A stretch of 64,000 bases of DNA from Histomonas meleagridis 2922-C6/04-290x (Eukaryota > Protista > Parabasalia), in assembly GCA_020184695.1 (NCBI GenBank), contig JAANOX010000233.1, forward strand, positions 62,001-126,000. The letters are read 5' to 3'. This document shows positions 54,307 to 64,000 of the stretch, piece by piece; the stretch's first letter is position 1; every line of letters starts with the position of its first letter. The position numbers and the translations under genes are program-made. The notes beneath the pieces were generated by a model that made no database searches, was not told the origin of the DNA, and worked only from the letters and a program-made list of their open reading frames with translations.

Positions 54307-55368
54307 ATGCAACAAGATGTAACATATGGAACGCGTAGACCACGAAATGAAGATGGTACACGTATATATCCACCAATTATTAAAAAAGAACGTGAAAGAT
54401 ATGTTACAGAGGGTGATGCTAAATATATTTTTGATGATGATTTAAGTCATTATAAATATCATGGTGCTGATAGTACATTAATTGATGAGAATATGAAAGC
54501 TTTAGCACATCTAATTCTTGATTTAAAGAAAGATGTTAGAAAAGTTAGAGATGCACAAACATATAATGGTGCTTTGGAATATGTTAACAAACATAATGAT
54601 GGTAAAGATCCAAGATATCATTGGTCAGTAAAACAAGAAGATATTAATGAAGATGGAATTCCAGATATTATTATAAGAGATCAACATAAAAGAGCTAAAT
54701 TTGTTAATGGATGGACAGTCAAAAAACAAGATCCTTATCAAGTAGCATATATGGAATATTTACAAAATAATTATGGTAATCCTACAAAAAGAAGACAACA
54801 TAGAGCAGATGGAAAGAAGATTAAATCTTTCAATGAATGGCTAGATAGTGAAGTAAGAACAGTAAAATATGATAAACCATTCGATGATCCAACTGTCCAA
54901 TATAATCCTGAATATGATGAATTTAGGGAAAAAGTGAAAAGGGCTAATGATAACTATTATAGAGATACTGGTGTTATGAATATTTATAAATTACATAGTA
55001 CTCAAGAAGAAGGTCAGCAAATGCAGTATTTACAAGTTTACTTGTTAAAGATGCATATAAAACTTTCGTTGATAAATATGAAGGTAATAGTGAATATCAA
55101 GGAAGAATTAGGGGTTATTGTCCAATACTTCAATTATCTGCTGCATTATACAAAATTAATGGTAATTCCTAAAGTAGAAGAACTATTAAAAAAACGTAAT
55201 ATTCCAAATATTGAAGCAGGTAAAAAATATAAATTGGAGACAGGTGAAAGTTATTATTCAACTGCTTGTAAAAAAGTTGTTACTGATTTGTTAGAAGATC
55301 CTAACCATGAACAAATAATGTTAGATGCAGTTAAAAAAATATGTAGTAAGTATAATTGGTACACCTAA
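54307..55368 (+). CDS. Element-encoded hypothetical protein with a DxNxDG Ca-binding-like motif
   Basis: EDINEDGIPDIIIRD within a 353-aa hydrophilic ORF; the middle section may contain compensating frameshifts. Confidence 0.6.
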   Translation: MQQDVTYGTRRPRNEDGTRIYPPIIKKERERYVTEGDAKYIFDDDLSHYKYHGADSTLIDENMKALAHLILDLKKDVRKVRDAQTYNGALEYVNKHNDGKDPRYHWSVKQEDINEDGIPDIIIRDQHKRAKFVNGWTVKKQDPYQVAYMEYLQNNYGNPTKRRQHRADGKKIKSFNEWLDSEVRTVKYDKPFDDPTVQYNPEYDEFREKVKRANDNYYRDTGVMNIYKLHSTQEEGQQMQYLQVYLLKMHIKLSLINMKVIVNIKEELGVIVQYFNYLLHYTKLMVIPKVEELLKKRNIPNIEAGKKYKLETGESYYSTACKKVVTDLLEDPNHEQIMLDAVKKICSKYNWYT

Positions 55369-55425
55369 TGGATTAGCAGATGAGTAAGTTAATAAACAAA
55401 AATTTTTAAAATCATTATTTTTTTA

Positions 55426-55950
55426 TGATTAAAAATAAGTGATTTCTCACCCCATGTAGGGAAGAATAATACTGAACATAATAGTTCTAGTGCTAATTGT
55501 AAAGTTATTATTAATAATAACAATAGTGAAACACCAGCACATTATCCTGAAGTTAATGAAGAAACATCAAAAATAATTACAAGAGAAACTGATCTTAATA
55601 CTGATAATGCTAGTGCTTTATATAAACATATAGCTTTAACATTTAGTGCGATATTAAAAACAAATAATATGAAATTAATAGCAAATTTAATTGATAATAG
55701 TGGTAAAAATTATAATTAATGCTAATGATTTAGTACAAGCTATAAGTTTAATTTTTAGAAATTGATTTTTAATCAAGTTAGATTAAGTTATGAAGATCCT
55801 GAACCTGGATGTTTAAAACATGTAAATCCAATTAAAAAAAGTTAATTCAATTAAGATTAATGGGTATGATTTTTAATTCTCAATATAATAAAGAATATAA
55901 CACATTAATGGATGAATTTAATATTTCCTTAGAAAAAGTATTTATTTATT
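55426..55950 (+). pseudogene. Fragmented element-encoded gene of unknown function
   Basis: Coding-like segments in shifting frames (TDNASALYKHIALTF; YEDPEPGCLKHVNP; YNKEYNTLMDEFNISLEKVF). Confidence 0.45.
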
Positions 55951-57080
55951 AATAAAACATCATTGGATCTTTTTCTTTTGAAGGTATAATAATTGCATTT
56001 GGAACTGGATTTAATAAATATCTTGGTACTGACATTTTTATTCCTTTATCATTATGAATATTAAATTTACCTTTTTCAAAATTATCTACTATATAAATAT
56101 CTGGTAATATTTTTGATCTCTTTTTTAATTGATCTGTGTTATAAACTGTTACTGTTGTACCAGGAGGTAAATAAAATCCTTTTTGTTTCATAATATTATA
56201 ATTTAATTTATGTAAGAATAAACCAAAAAATTTTTGTTTTATTTTGACTTCATATGGTGATATTTTTTTATGATTTAATTTAGATAATGTTTTATGATAA
56301 GTATAATTATAATTATGTATAATTTTATTCATATCATGAGGTTGAATATATTCTAAACCCATATTATCAGCCATATCTCTAATAGTTCTACAAATTCTAT
56401 TAATTATAGCTAAAGATGAATGTATAGGATAAGATTTATTTTTAATTATTATTCTCTCAACAGGAATTATTTTTAGTACCAATTAAATGATTTGAAATAT
56501 ATTGTAAAGGTTTTTGATATAAAAATGTTGTTTCTGAATCACAATGAATAATTTTAGGATTAAATAAACCTGTACCATAAAGTTCAAATAAAGCTTTAGC
56601 TACACTTTCAATTGATTTTTTACTATGTTTATCGTTTATTTTAATATTAGTGAAAGTACCAAATAAATATCTAGTTTGTACTTCTACAGCTAATAAATAA
56701 CAATAATCATAATCAAATTCATCACTATGTGAAAAAAATAAATCCATTTGATATTCTCCATTACCTCCAATATATTTTAATTGATATTTTTTATTTAATT
56801 TGAAAGGAAAATAATTTATATTCGGTTTTATTATATTTAATTTTTTTAAATAAATATTTATTTTTTTATTTAAAGTTTTAAAAACCTGTATTAATATTTT
56901 GGTTTATCTTCATAAATATTGTAAGAATCATTTGGAGTTACATATCTAAAATGATAAAAATAATATAAAAGATATAATGAATAAGCATAATCTAATGGAA
57001 TATTTTTCTGTTATATTTGAGTTACTTAATTTTTGTAATTAAGAAATTAATAAATTCTTGTATAGTTTTAGGTTTCCCAT
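55949..57080 (-). CDS. Retroviral-type (rve) integrase, Polinton-like, frameshifted
   Basis: YQMDLFF (first D), AVEVQTRY, IIHCDSE (second D), HSSLAIINRICRTIRD, NYNYTYHKTL...ISPYEV. N-terminal part reconstructed from ATG 57080. Confidence 0.85.
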
Positions 57081-57097
57081 TTTTTTAAAATCATTTT

Positions 57098-57619
57098 CTA
57101 CTTCTTTTTGCAAATATTTTTATGAAGTAATTTTCTTAAAGGTGTATATTTTAGAATAATAGATTTATAATAGTTATAATATTCATTTAATGGATATAAA
57201 CCTATATGTCCATCAATATAATCTATATTATATTTTTTAATAATATCATTAATTAATTTCTTAAATTCATCAAAATCTAAATTTGTATTAATTTGGGTTT
57301 TTTTGAAAAAATTTATAATAAAACTATTAATAATGATTTGATAATATTCTTTCATAGACTTAAATTGAATTCTATATGTGGGTGATATTGGAACCCCATT
57401 TCTAACAGATTTTGTTGCTTCATCCATTAGTTTTAAAAAATTATTTAATGATAAATCAAATTTCAAAATACGAAAAATCACTCTTAAATTTTGCATTAAA
57501 AATTCGTAAAAAGAAGGCTGTTTTTCAGGTCCTTTATCATTAAGTAGAGCTAATCGTCGTACTTCATCTAATGGAGATTTATTGATGCTAGGTTCTTTTT
57601 TTGGTTCACGTTCTTCCAT
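57098..57619 (-). CDS. Element-encoded hypothetical protein (173 aa)
   Basis: Intact ORF with a TCATTTTT initiator-like motif upstream; no motif recognised. Confidence 0.6.
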   Translation of the reverse strand: MEEREPKKEPSINKSPLDEVRRLALLNDKGPEKQPSFYEFLMQNLRVIFRILKFDLSLNNFLKLMDEATKSVRNGVPISPTYRIQFKSMKEYYQIIINSFIINFFKKTQINTNLDFDEFKKLINDIIKKYNIDYIDGHIGLYPLNEYYNYYKSIILKYTPLRKLLHKNICKKK

Positions 57620-57652
57620 TCTAAAAAAATAAAAATGAAATAAAAATATTTT

Positions 57653-58997
57653 TTATTCTTTAAATATACTTAATAAATGATCATCTATTTTACCTGTTAC
57701 TTTACCAACTATTGAATTTAATATTGTAGTTAAAGCATAAACATTACCTGTTAAAAATACAGGTGAACCAATTTGAAATTGTGTTAAGTCTTCTTCAACA
57801 GGTGCATTATGAGTAATAGTTGTATTTATTTGCTCTTGTCCTCCATTATCAGTAATATAATATTCATTTCCTTCTTTTGATATAAAAGTTAATTCTGTGG
57901 TAGTACATTGTATTCTCCATGCATAATCACCTCCAAGACCATCCTTACTATGCATATCTATATAAGGACCTGTTTCTAAAACACCATCGTTTTTAATAAC
58001 TGCAATTGAAGGTACACTAATATCTACATTCGAATATGAAGGAGAAGAATTTAAAGCAAAACCATTAATTGTTGAACATGTGATATTTTCTGGATTTGAT
58101 ACTGTAGGAATATCTGTTAATTCATTATAACTATGTGTATGATTTGTAGCAGCATATTTTGTATCATGATTATGATCTTTCAGAGCATACTCCGTATGTG
58201 TATGTACTGAGGGTGGAAATGTTTCAGGTTTATCAGATAAATCATTATAACTATGCGTATGTTCTGAAGGTGGGAATGTTTCAGGTTTATCATTTAAGTC
58301 ATTATAACTATGAGTATGAACTGTAGGTGGAAATGTTTCAGGTTTATCATTTAAATCGTTATAACTATGAGTATGTTCTGTTGAAGCATAGTTTGTATGT
58401 TCATGATCTTTTTTAGCATAAATCTCATCATGATTATGATCATTTAAAGATATTTTAGTTGTGTCTACGTTATAAATAGTTGCACATTGAATATTGCCAT
58501 TACTACCAAAACTTAATAATGAACCAGTTTTTGATTTAAAATCTAATGAATTAGTATTAGCAGTTATTCTCCATGTATTATCTTTATCATAATCTGCATT
58601 ATTATGCATATCAATATATTGTCCAACTTCTACAACACCATCTTCTTTTAATGTAATAATAGATGGCACATATAATTTTGTATCCCATTTACCACCTTCT
58701 GAAGTTGCCAATTGACAACCATCTAAAGAAGTAACTTGTACATTCCCCATTTACTGTTAAATCATTATTTATTGTATTATGAGTATGACTTTTTTTTTAT
58801 TTTTTTTCATCTGATTGCGATTTATTATAATATAATTGAGGTAATGTAATCGAAGTTATAGTATTAAGTTTTTCTGTTATTTGATCATTTGTAGGATAAT
58901 TTTCTAAAAGTTCTTGTAAGTCATCTTTATCAATAATTTCAGGAGCAGCAACAACATTAGTTTTTATACCTTTCGTAGCATTCTCAATACTAAACAT
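57653..58997 (-). CDS. Virion fibre-like protein with phage tail-fibre motifs, frameshifted near 58750-58800
   Basis: Three 19-aa HTHSYNDLxDKPETFPPxx repeats, several HxH motifs and a duplicated DGVxExGxYIDMH...W/YRI module; ORFs 58797..58997 and 57653..58750 join. Confidence 0.75.
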
Positions 58998-59019
58998 TGA
59001 TAAAAAATGATTTTTTTAT

Positions 59020-59371
59020 TTAATAAATTAATAATAATTCTAACATAAAATATTCTGGATCAATTTCTTTACCATTCATTTCTTTAAACCATATTTTCAA
59101 ATTTTGGTTTTTCTACTTTTTATATTCATATTTCTTATATTTAGTCCTGTTTTTCATTTGTATAAATACAAAAAAAATAATCTTCATAATGGTCACGTTC
59201 AATAAAATCAGCATGCATTGAAACATCAGATACTAAATAATCCTTAAATTTACACTTACATTGCTGTACTACAATATATCTAGGATTTTTGAGAATCGAC
59301 AAATTCAGGCGGAAAACGGTTTTTTTATTTTGTGAACTACAAAAATACGTTTTAGTCACAGGTTTAAGCAT
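59020..59371 (-). CDS. Probable minor capsid (penton-like single jelly-roll) protein, about 117 codons, frameshifted
   Basis: ORF 59141..59371 continues after a frameshift to LKIWFKEMNGKEIDPEYFMLELLLIY (stop 59020). The beta-rich pattern resembles Polinton/PLV penton C-termini. Confidence 0.55.
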
Positions 59372-59748
59372 TTATAAAAATGAAGTTTGCCGTGCGACCA
59401 TACCTACCAAAACGCATAATGAAAAGTGACAAAAACGAATTAATTTGTGTTTTCTTATATTGAAGTTGAATTAAGAAAAAATTATTTCAAAGCAAAAAAT
59501 GCAATTATTTTTAAGCTTTCTAATTTGCTTAGGGAGCAAGGAAAATTTACAGAAACAATAATAATACAAAAAAATGATAAATTTTGATTAAAAATTCATT
59601 TATTGCTGAATAACATCCAAGTGATGATTGTGTCTAATATATGTATACTCAATTTTTCAAAACTTTTTTATTTTGATGTTGGCTTTATCTTTTACTAAAA
59701 CAAATATACAAAATCTTTGTAATCTTAGCTTTTAGAATGAATTTTTTC

Positions 59749-60897
59749 TTACATTATATAAGAAAATATTATTGATGTCATAAGAAGAAGAACTACACCA
59801 TATGCAAGATTATCAAATCTTTTACCACTGGATACAGGCGATATTGGTAACGAGTTTGATCCTGATGCTGACATAGGTGTAGAAGATGTTGATGTTGGTG
59901 AATCGAAGGATATATTAAACAACTCATCATTTTTCAAAGTATAAGTAATATTTTGTGGAAATCCTGTTGTATTAATGAATTTTTGATTATTCTCTGTAGC
60001 AAGTAAATCCAATGTGAAGTTTTGTACTTTCTCCCATTCACCTATAAATTTAAAACCAATTGTGGCATTGCGAATATATTTATTTTGATCATAGAATTCT
60101 AACTCAAAATATTGATCGAAGATTTTTATATATGTCAATAAATCAGGATCTTCAAAGTAAATCTTTAAAGACATTGGTCTTGTAACATTGGGTGCAAGAA
60201 TCATATCAATTACGGCTGATTCATATCGGTATGGTGAAAGCATTAAAGAAATATTTTTATTAATTGTTGAATTTTTAATTTTATGGGTTAATGTGATATT
60301 ATCTTCATTAAAGATAATTGAACTAGGGAAATGATTATTTGGATAAAAAATTTTTAATTGTGATCGATGTGAAAAGTCATTTAAATTGCTTGTGATTAAG
60401 TTTTTTGCTTCAAATGTTCCATGTACACTATAACAATTAACAAAATATACTGTATTAAGTTTCACATAGCTAGTGAAATTAACATCAAGGAGATAAAAAT
60501 ACAAAAAAGGTATGGAATCTGTAAGATCGGTTTCATTTGACAAAATGTTAATGATTGGACCTCTTCTAGATTTTATCACAATATCCATATCAGAAGCATG
60601 AGTTAAGTCAACTGTATAATTATGTTTAGTATAAAAATCATAAAAAATATGGTTAAAAGCTTTATCATATTCTGATACATTTATAGTTTTAGTTTCATTC
60701 ACTTTATTTTCATAATTAATAACAGAAAAAGCTTTTGCTGCATCAGTGCATAATTTTTCAAAATATTTATCACCTGGATGTCTTTGGATGTAAACGCGCA
60801 TCGTATCTTCTAATGTTTCATTAATTATTTCTGGGTATCCATAATAAACATATTTAACTGAAACGCATGAAATCTCCCCTAACAAACAAAGAAACAT
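59749..60897 (-). CDS. Putative surface protein, paralog of 6110..7279
   Basis: Same MFLCLLGEISCV start, shared YENKxxET and NQKFINTTG motifs, S/T/P stalk, hydrophobic tail. Confidence 0.75.
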   Translation of the reverse strand: MFLCLLGEISCVSVKYVYYGYPEIINETLEDTMRVYIQRHPGDKYFEKLCTDAAKAFSVINYENKVNETKTINVSEYDKAFNHIFYDFYTKHNYTVDLTHASDMDIVIKSRRGPIINILSNETDLTDSIPFLYFYLLDVNFTSYVKLNTVYFVNCYSVHGTFEAKNLITSNLNDFSHRSQLKIFYPNNHFPSSIIFNEDNITLTHKIKNSTINKNISLMLSPYRYESAVIDMILAPNVTRPMSLKIYFEDPDLLTYIKIFDQYFELEFYDQNKYIRNATIGFKFIGEWEKVQNFTLDLLATENNQKFINTTGFPQNITYTLKNDELFNISFDSPTSTSSTPMSASGSNSLPISPVSSGKRFDNLAYGVVLLLMTSIIFSYIM

Positions 60898-61322
60898 TTG
60901 AAGTGATAAAATAAATAACTCATTTTTCTGATAACTTCTGCCTTTTTATATTTATGTAGAAAAAAAGACATACAAATAAAACAAAAAATAAATAAATATT
61001 ATAAAATAAAAATAAATAAATATATTATTTGTCTTTACATCCATAATTTTAGATGAGCTTTATCTCATCATTTCATGATATTAAAAATTAGAATATATAA
61101 AATGCATAATGTTACATTTGTAAAAATATCGATTTCATGCTTTTTGATAATGATTTACAAAAGATCAAAAAGATTTGTTTCAACTTTTTTCATTATTATT
61201 AGCTAAAATTTATAATTTAGTTTGACTTATAATTCTTATTTTTTTTGAAAGAATATGATATTAATAATATCTTCACTAAGGTACATTTTCATAGCATTTT
61301 TTTATATATTTTTAGGCTTGCA

Positions 61323-61762
61323 TTAGAATTCCCGATCAATTTTTTTCCCAACATGAAGTATTCCCTTTAGAGCCAATGTATATGGCATTCCTGCATTCAT
61401 AGGTTTTTTCGAATAGATTGCAAATCTTCTATGGCTCATGTGAGAACAGACATTATTTTTGGATTGCGTGGTGCATGTGAGGCAAATGGAGCCATTGTAT
61501 CTGTGCAAGATAAATTCATATTAGAATTTGCATCTAGTATGTTTATTAAAGCAGAAAAAAGATCATTACGAAGATATCTTTGGTGAAAGCTTTCTGCAAA
61601 AAACATAATATTTTTCATTTGAGATCTTCTTTCACAATCAACAGCTGTTACTGCTTCCAAAGGAAGTTCATAAATGTTTGTTCCATATGCATCATCAATT
61701 GCTAATGTGTCTATAGTAAGTAATTACTGATAATATTACTGATGAAGATAGACTCTTTGCAT
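61323..61762 (-). pseudogene. Degraded gene fragment of unknown product
   Basis: The ATG 61762 frame contains several in-frame stops but reads as protein-like between them. Confidence 0.3.
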
Positions 61763-62084
61763 TTTTTTGAATTTAACGTACGAAAACGACAATTTATTAA
61801 TCCGAAGGCTTTCTTCTTGATTTGTTCATAATATGTTTAAAAAGACACTAGCGGGAAAAACCCCCCTAAATAGAAAAACTATATTTAAGATCAAGACTGG
61901 CAAGTGCTACAAAACATTTCCACTTGTTTTTCTCATCATAGTAAACTATTGAAATTCATTTTTTCAAACGATCAATATTGATTGCTTTATAAAACGGCCG
62001 ATTATGATCATTATCAATTGAAAATGTTTTCTTAATTTATTTGACCGCATTATGCCATGTTGTATACCATATTGTTCGTCGTGC

Positions 62085-63810
62085 TGTTGCAAGAGAAAAA
62101 GCGCCTGACTTCACTTTCTCCACTTTTTGAATGAACTCATAGAATTGTTTGTATGAGATGATTCAAAAAGTGGATTTTACAACGAGTAAAAGAAAATTTC
62201 ATATGAGATTTATCAAAAAGTGAACTTTGTACTGAATTTTTAATTCCCTTCACTTTTTGATGGAACTCATAGAATTGTTTGTATATGAGAATTCAAAAGT
62301 TTATTCCGTCACTTTCTTGTTGTTTATATGAGGGGGTGCCCCATTGTATCGTTTCCACTTTTTCAATGGTTTATTTTTCAATGAAGAAGAACTCAAGTAA
62401 CGACGATCCGAGAAATGGCATCGATATCCAAGCATTCCGTCAATCAATTAATGACAATGGAGTCGAAGATACACGGAAAATATTCCATATCAGTCGAGAG
62501 AAGATCCATGCAATTTGCAAACTCGAGGGGATAGCAATTCCTAGCCGAGGGAGACCGTCAAAGGAAATCAAAGAAGAGAAGTTAATTTTTGCCTCGACTA
62601 CAAAGACAAATACCATGTTGGCTACCAACGAACTGCTGAGTCTGCTAAGCGACATAACATTGCAACTACTGAGTGGTCAGTTAGGAAGATATTTACTGAA
62701 CAGAAACTGCTTTGTTACAAGAAACCTGAAAAGCTCCCCAAAGAACATCTCCGTCTTTTCGTTGCAAAATATGCTAATCAGTTATGGCATGCAGATATTC
62801 ACTATGTTACCATTGAAGGAGAACAATTTTATCTCCTTGGATTCATTGATGATCGTTCTCGCTTCCTGATCTATTATGAAGTCCTATCAAGTAAGACTTC
62901 TGAAGCTTGTGCCACGGCGCTTATTAAAGCTCTAGGTTCTGTTGTACATCGACCTAAAATGCTGACTATTGATAATGGGGGAGAATTTACCGGCAATCCA
63001 TTTCAATTTATACTCCAGCTTTATGGTATTGAAGATTACCGTACTCACCCCTATACTCCAGAGGAGAATGGGAAAATAGAACGTTTTTGGTTGACGATTG
63101 AACGTGCCAAAGGACCAAATGTTGCATGGAGCATTCCTAAGATTAATAGCATAATTCATGAATATAATTATTTTTGGACGCATCGAAGTTTGAGAAAACT
63201 CACTCACCAATCCTCAACACCCTATGAAGCATGGCGCACAATGGATAGGTATACAGGTCAAACTGATGCTTGCATTGAAATGATTAAATAATTCCATCTC
63301 ATTTGATTTTTATTATTTTTTATGTTTACTTATATTATATAAGCCTAGTACTGATATGAACAACGATTGCTTAATTTTCATGTGCTTAATCGAACTGGAT
63401 GCATCCAGCTAGCTTGTGCTACTATATATTAATATATTGGTATTTTTTCTTCTATTATCAATATATGCCGATACCACTTTTTGAATATAACATTCAAAAA
63501 GTGGTATCGGCATGTTTTGTAAACCATTCAATTTTTAAATTTCGATGCACACATATAATATATTCGCTTAGTATCATTAAAAAGTTGCGACTACAAGCAG
63601 GATTAATAGTCGTTCACAGGCACGGACGGGCCGATACCACTTTTTGAGGGCACTCAAAAAGTGGTATCGGCGATCATTTCGGGGCCCCCTGTCGTAAATG
63701 CAATTCAAAAAGTTCGTATGATATTTTTTTCTATTAACAAATAGAATTTATTCTATGAGATCATTCAAAAAGTGGAGAAAGTGAAGTCAGGCGCTTTTTT
63801 TCTTACCACA
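62085..63810 (+). mobile_element. IS481EU/Banshee-like DNA transposon, 1726 bp
   Basis: TGT...ACA termini; about 61-bp imperfect TIRs (62085-62145, 63750-63810); 15-bp TSD TATTG(T/A)TCGTCGTGC at 62070-62084 and 63811-63825; rve transposase. Confidence 0.9.
62381..63291 (+). CDS. IS481-like DDE transposase; HTH and catalytic parts offset by a -1 frameshift at about 62545-62590
   Basis: The -1 frame reads WHADIHY (D), FIDDRSR, LTIDNGGEF (D), YTPEENGKIERFW (E), YNYFWTHRSL. Confidence 0.9.
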
Positions 63811-64000
63811 TATTGATCGTCGTGCTACCTTTCGATAAAGTATACAATTCGATCGTCATCCCCTGTCGACTCAATATAATTATGTAAATCATTCAAATTG
63901 ATTGAGAATTTTTTCATTAGTGGGCATTTTAAAAAAAAGTACTTACCAAACAATGGAGAAATACAAAAAAATCAAAATAATCCATAAAGACAAGAGTTCT

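Larger units (their letters stand above)
47910..59408. mobile_element. Endogenous Polinton/Maverick-like virus element, 11,499 bp, with no recognisable polymerase
   Basis: 6-bp direct repeat AAAACG at 47904-47909 and 59409-59414; terminal GGTAGGTAT/ATACCTACC; encodes integrase, packaging ATPase, capsid-like and fibre-like genes. Confidence 0.9.

Noticed and set aside
47910-59408. Element as a contaminating phage or bacterial contig
   Set aside because: It is flanked by a TSD within eukaryotic genes, and its genes are preceded by trichomonad initiator-like motifs rather than Shine-Dalgarno sites.
61711-61739. 29-nt GT...AG intron with an ACTTAC branch-like motif
   Set aside because: Removing it does not keep the ATG 61762 frame, and later stops remain.
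62545-62590. Programmed -1 frameshift in the IS481EU transposase
   Set aside because: No canonical X XXY YYZ slippery heptamer is visible and IS481 transposases are normally single ORFs. A one-base deletion is simpler; comparing copies would decide.

Overview
AT-rich eukaryotic DNA, most likely from a parabasalid protist (Tritrichomonas/Trichomonas-like). This is inferred from intron-poor genes, CACTTTT/TCATTTT initiator-like motifs before ATGs, BspA and DUF3447-type ankyrin genes, and an IS481EU transposon. Host genes include TOR, separase, an importin-beta, two PMCA-type P-ATPases, PITP, SAE1, a Cyc8-like TPR protein, an R2R3 Myb, a tubby-domain protein and tRNA-Ile(GAU). Three mobile elements have definable ends: a Tc1 DD34E transposon (39399-40949, TA TSD), an IS481EU/Banshee-like transposon (62085-63810, 15-bp TSD), and an 11,499-bp endogenous virus-like element (47910-59408, 6-bp TSD AAAACG). 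The virus-like element is the main finding. It encodes an rve integrase, A32-like packaging ATPase, probable major and minor capsid proteins, a phage-like fibre, a stand-alone chromodomain and amphipathic peptides, but no recognisable DNA polymerase, helicase or protease. It has a split terminal inverted repeat and large GC-rich hairpins. Second, each of five ankyrin-repeat junctions at the window start carries an excess of exactly 71 nt with no shared GT-AG boundaries, a candidate non-canonical intron class. All protein assignments are motif recognition by eye; no database searches were run.
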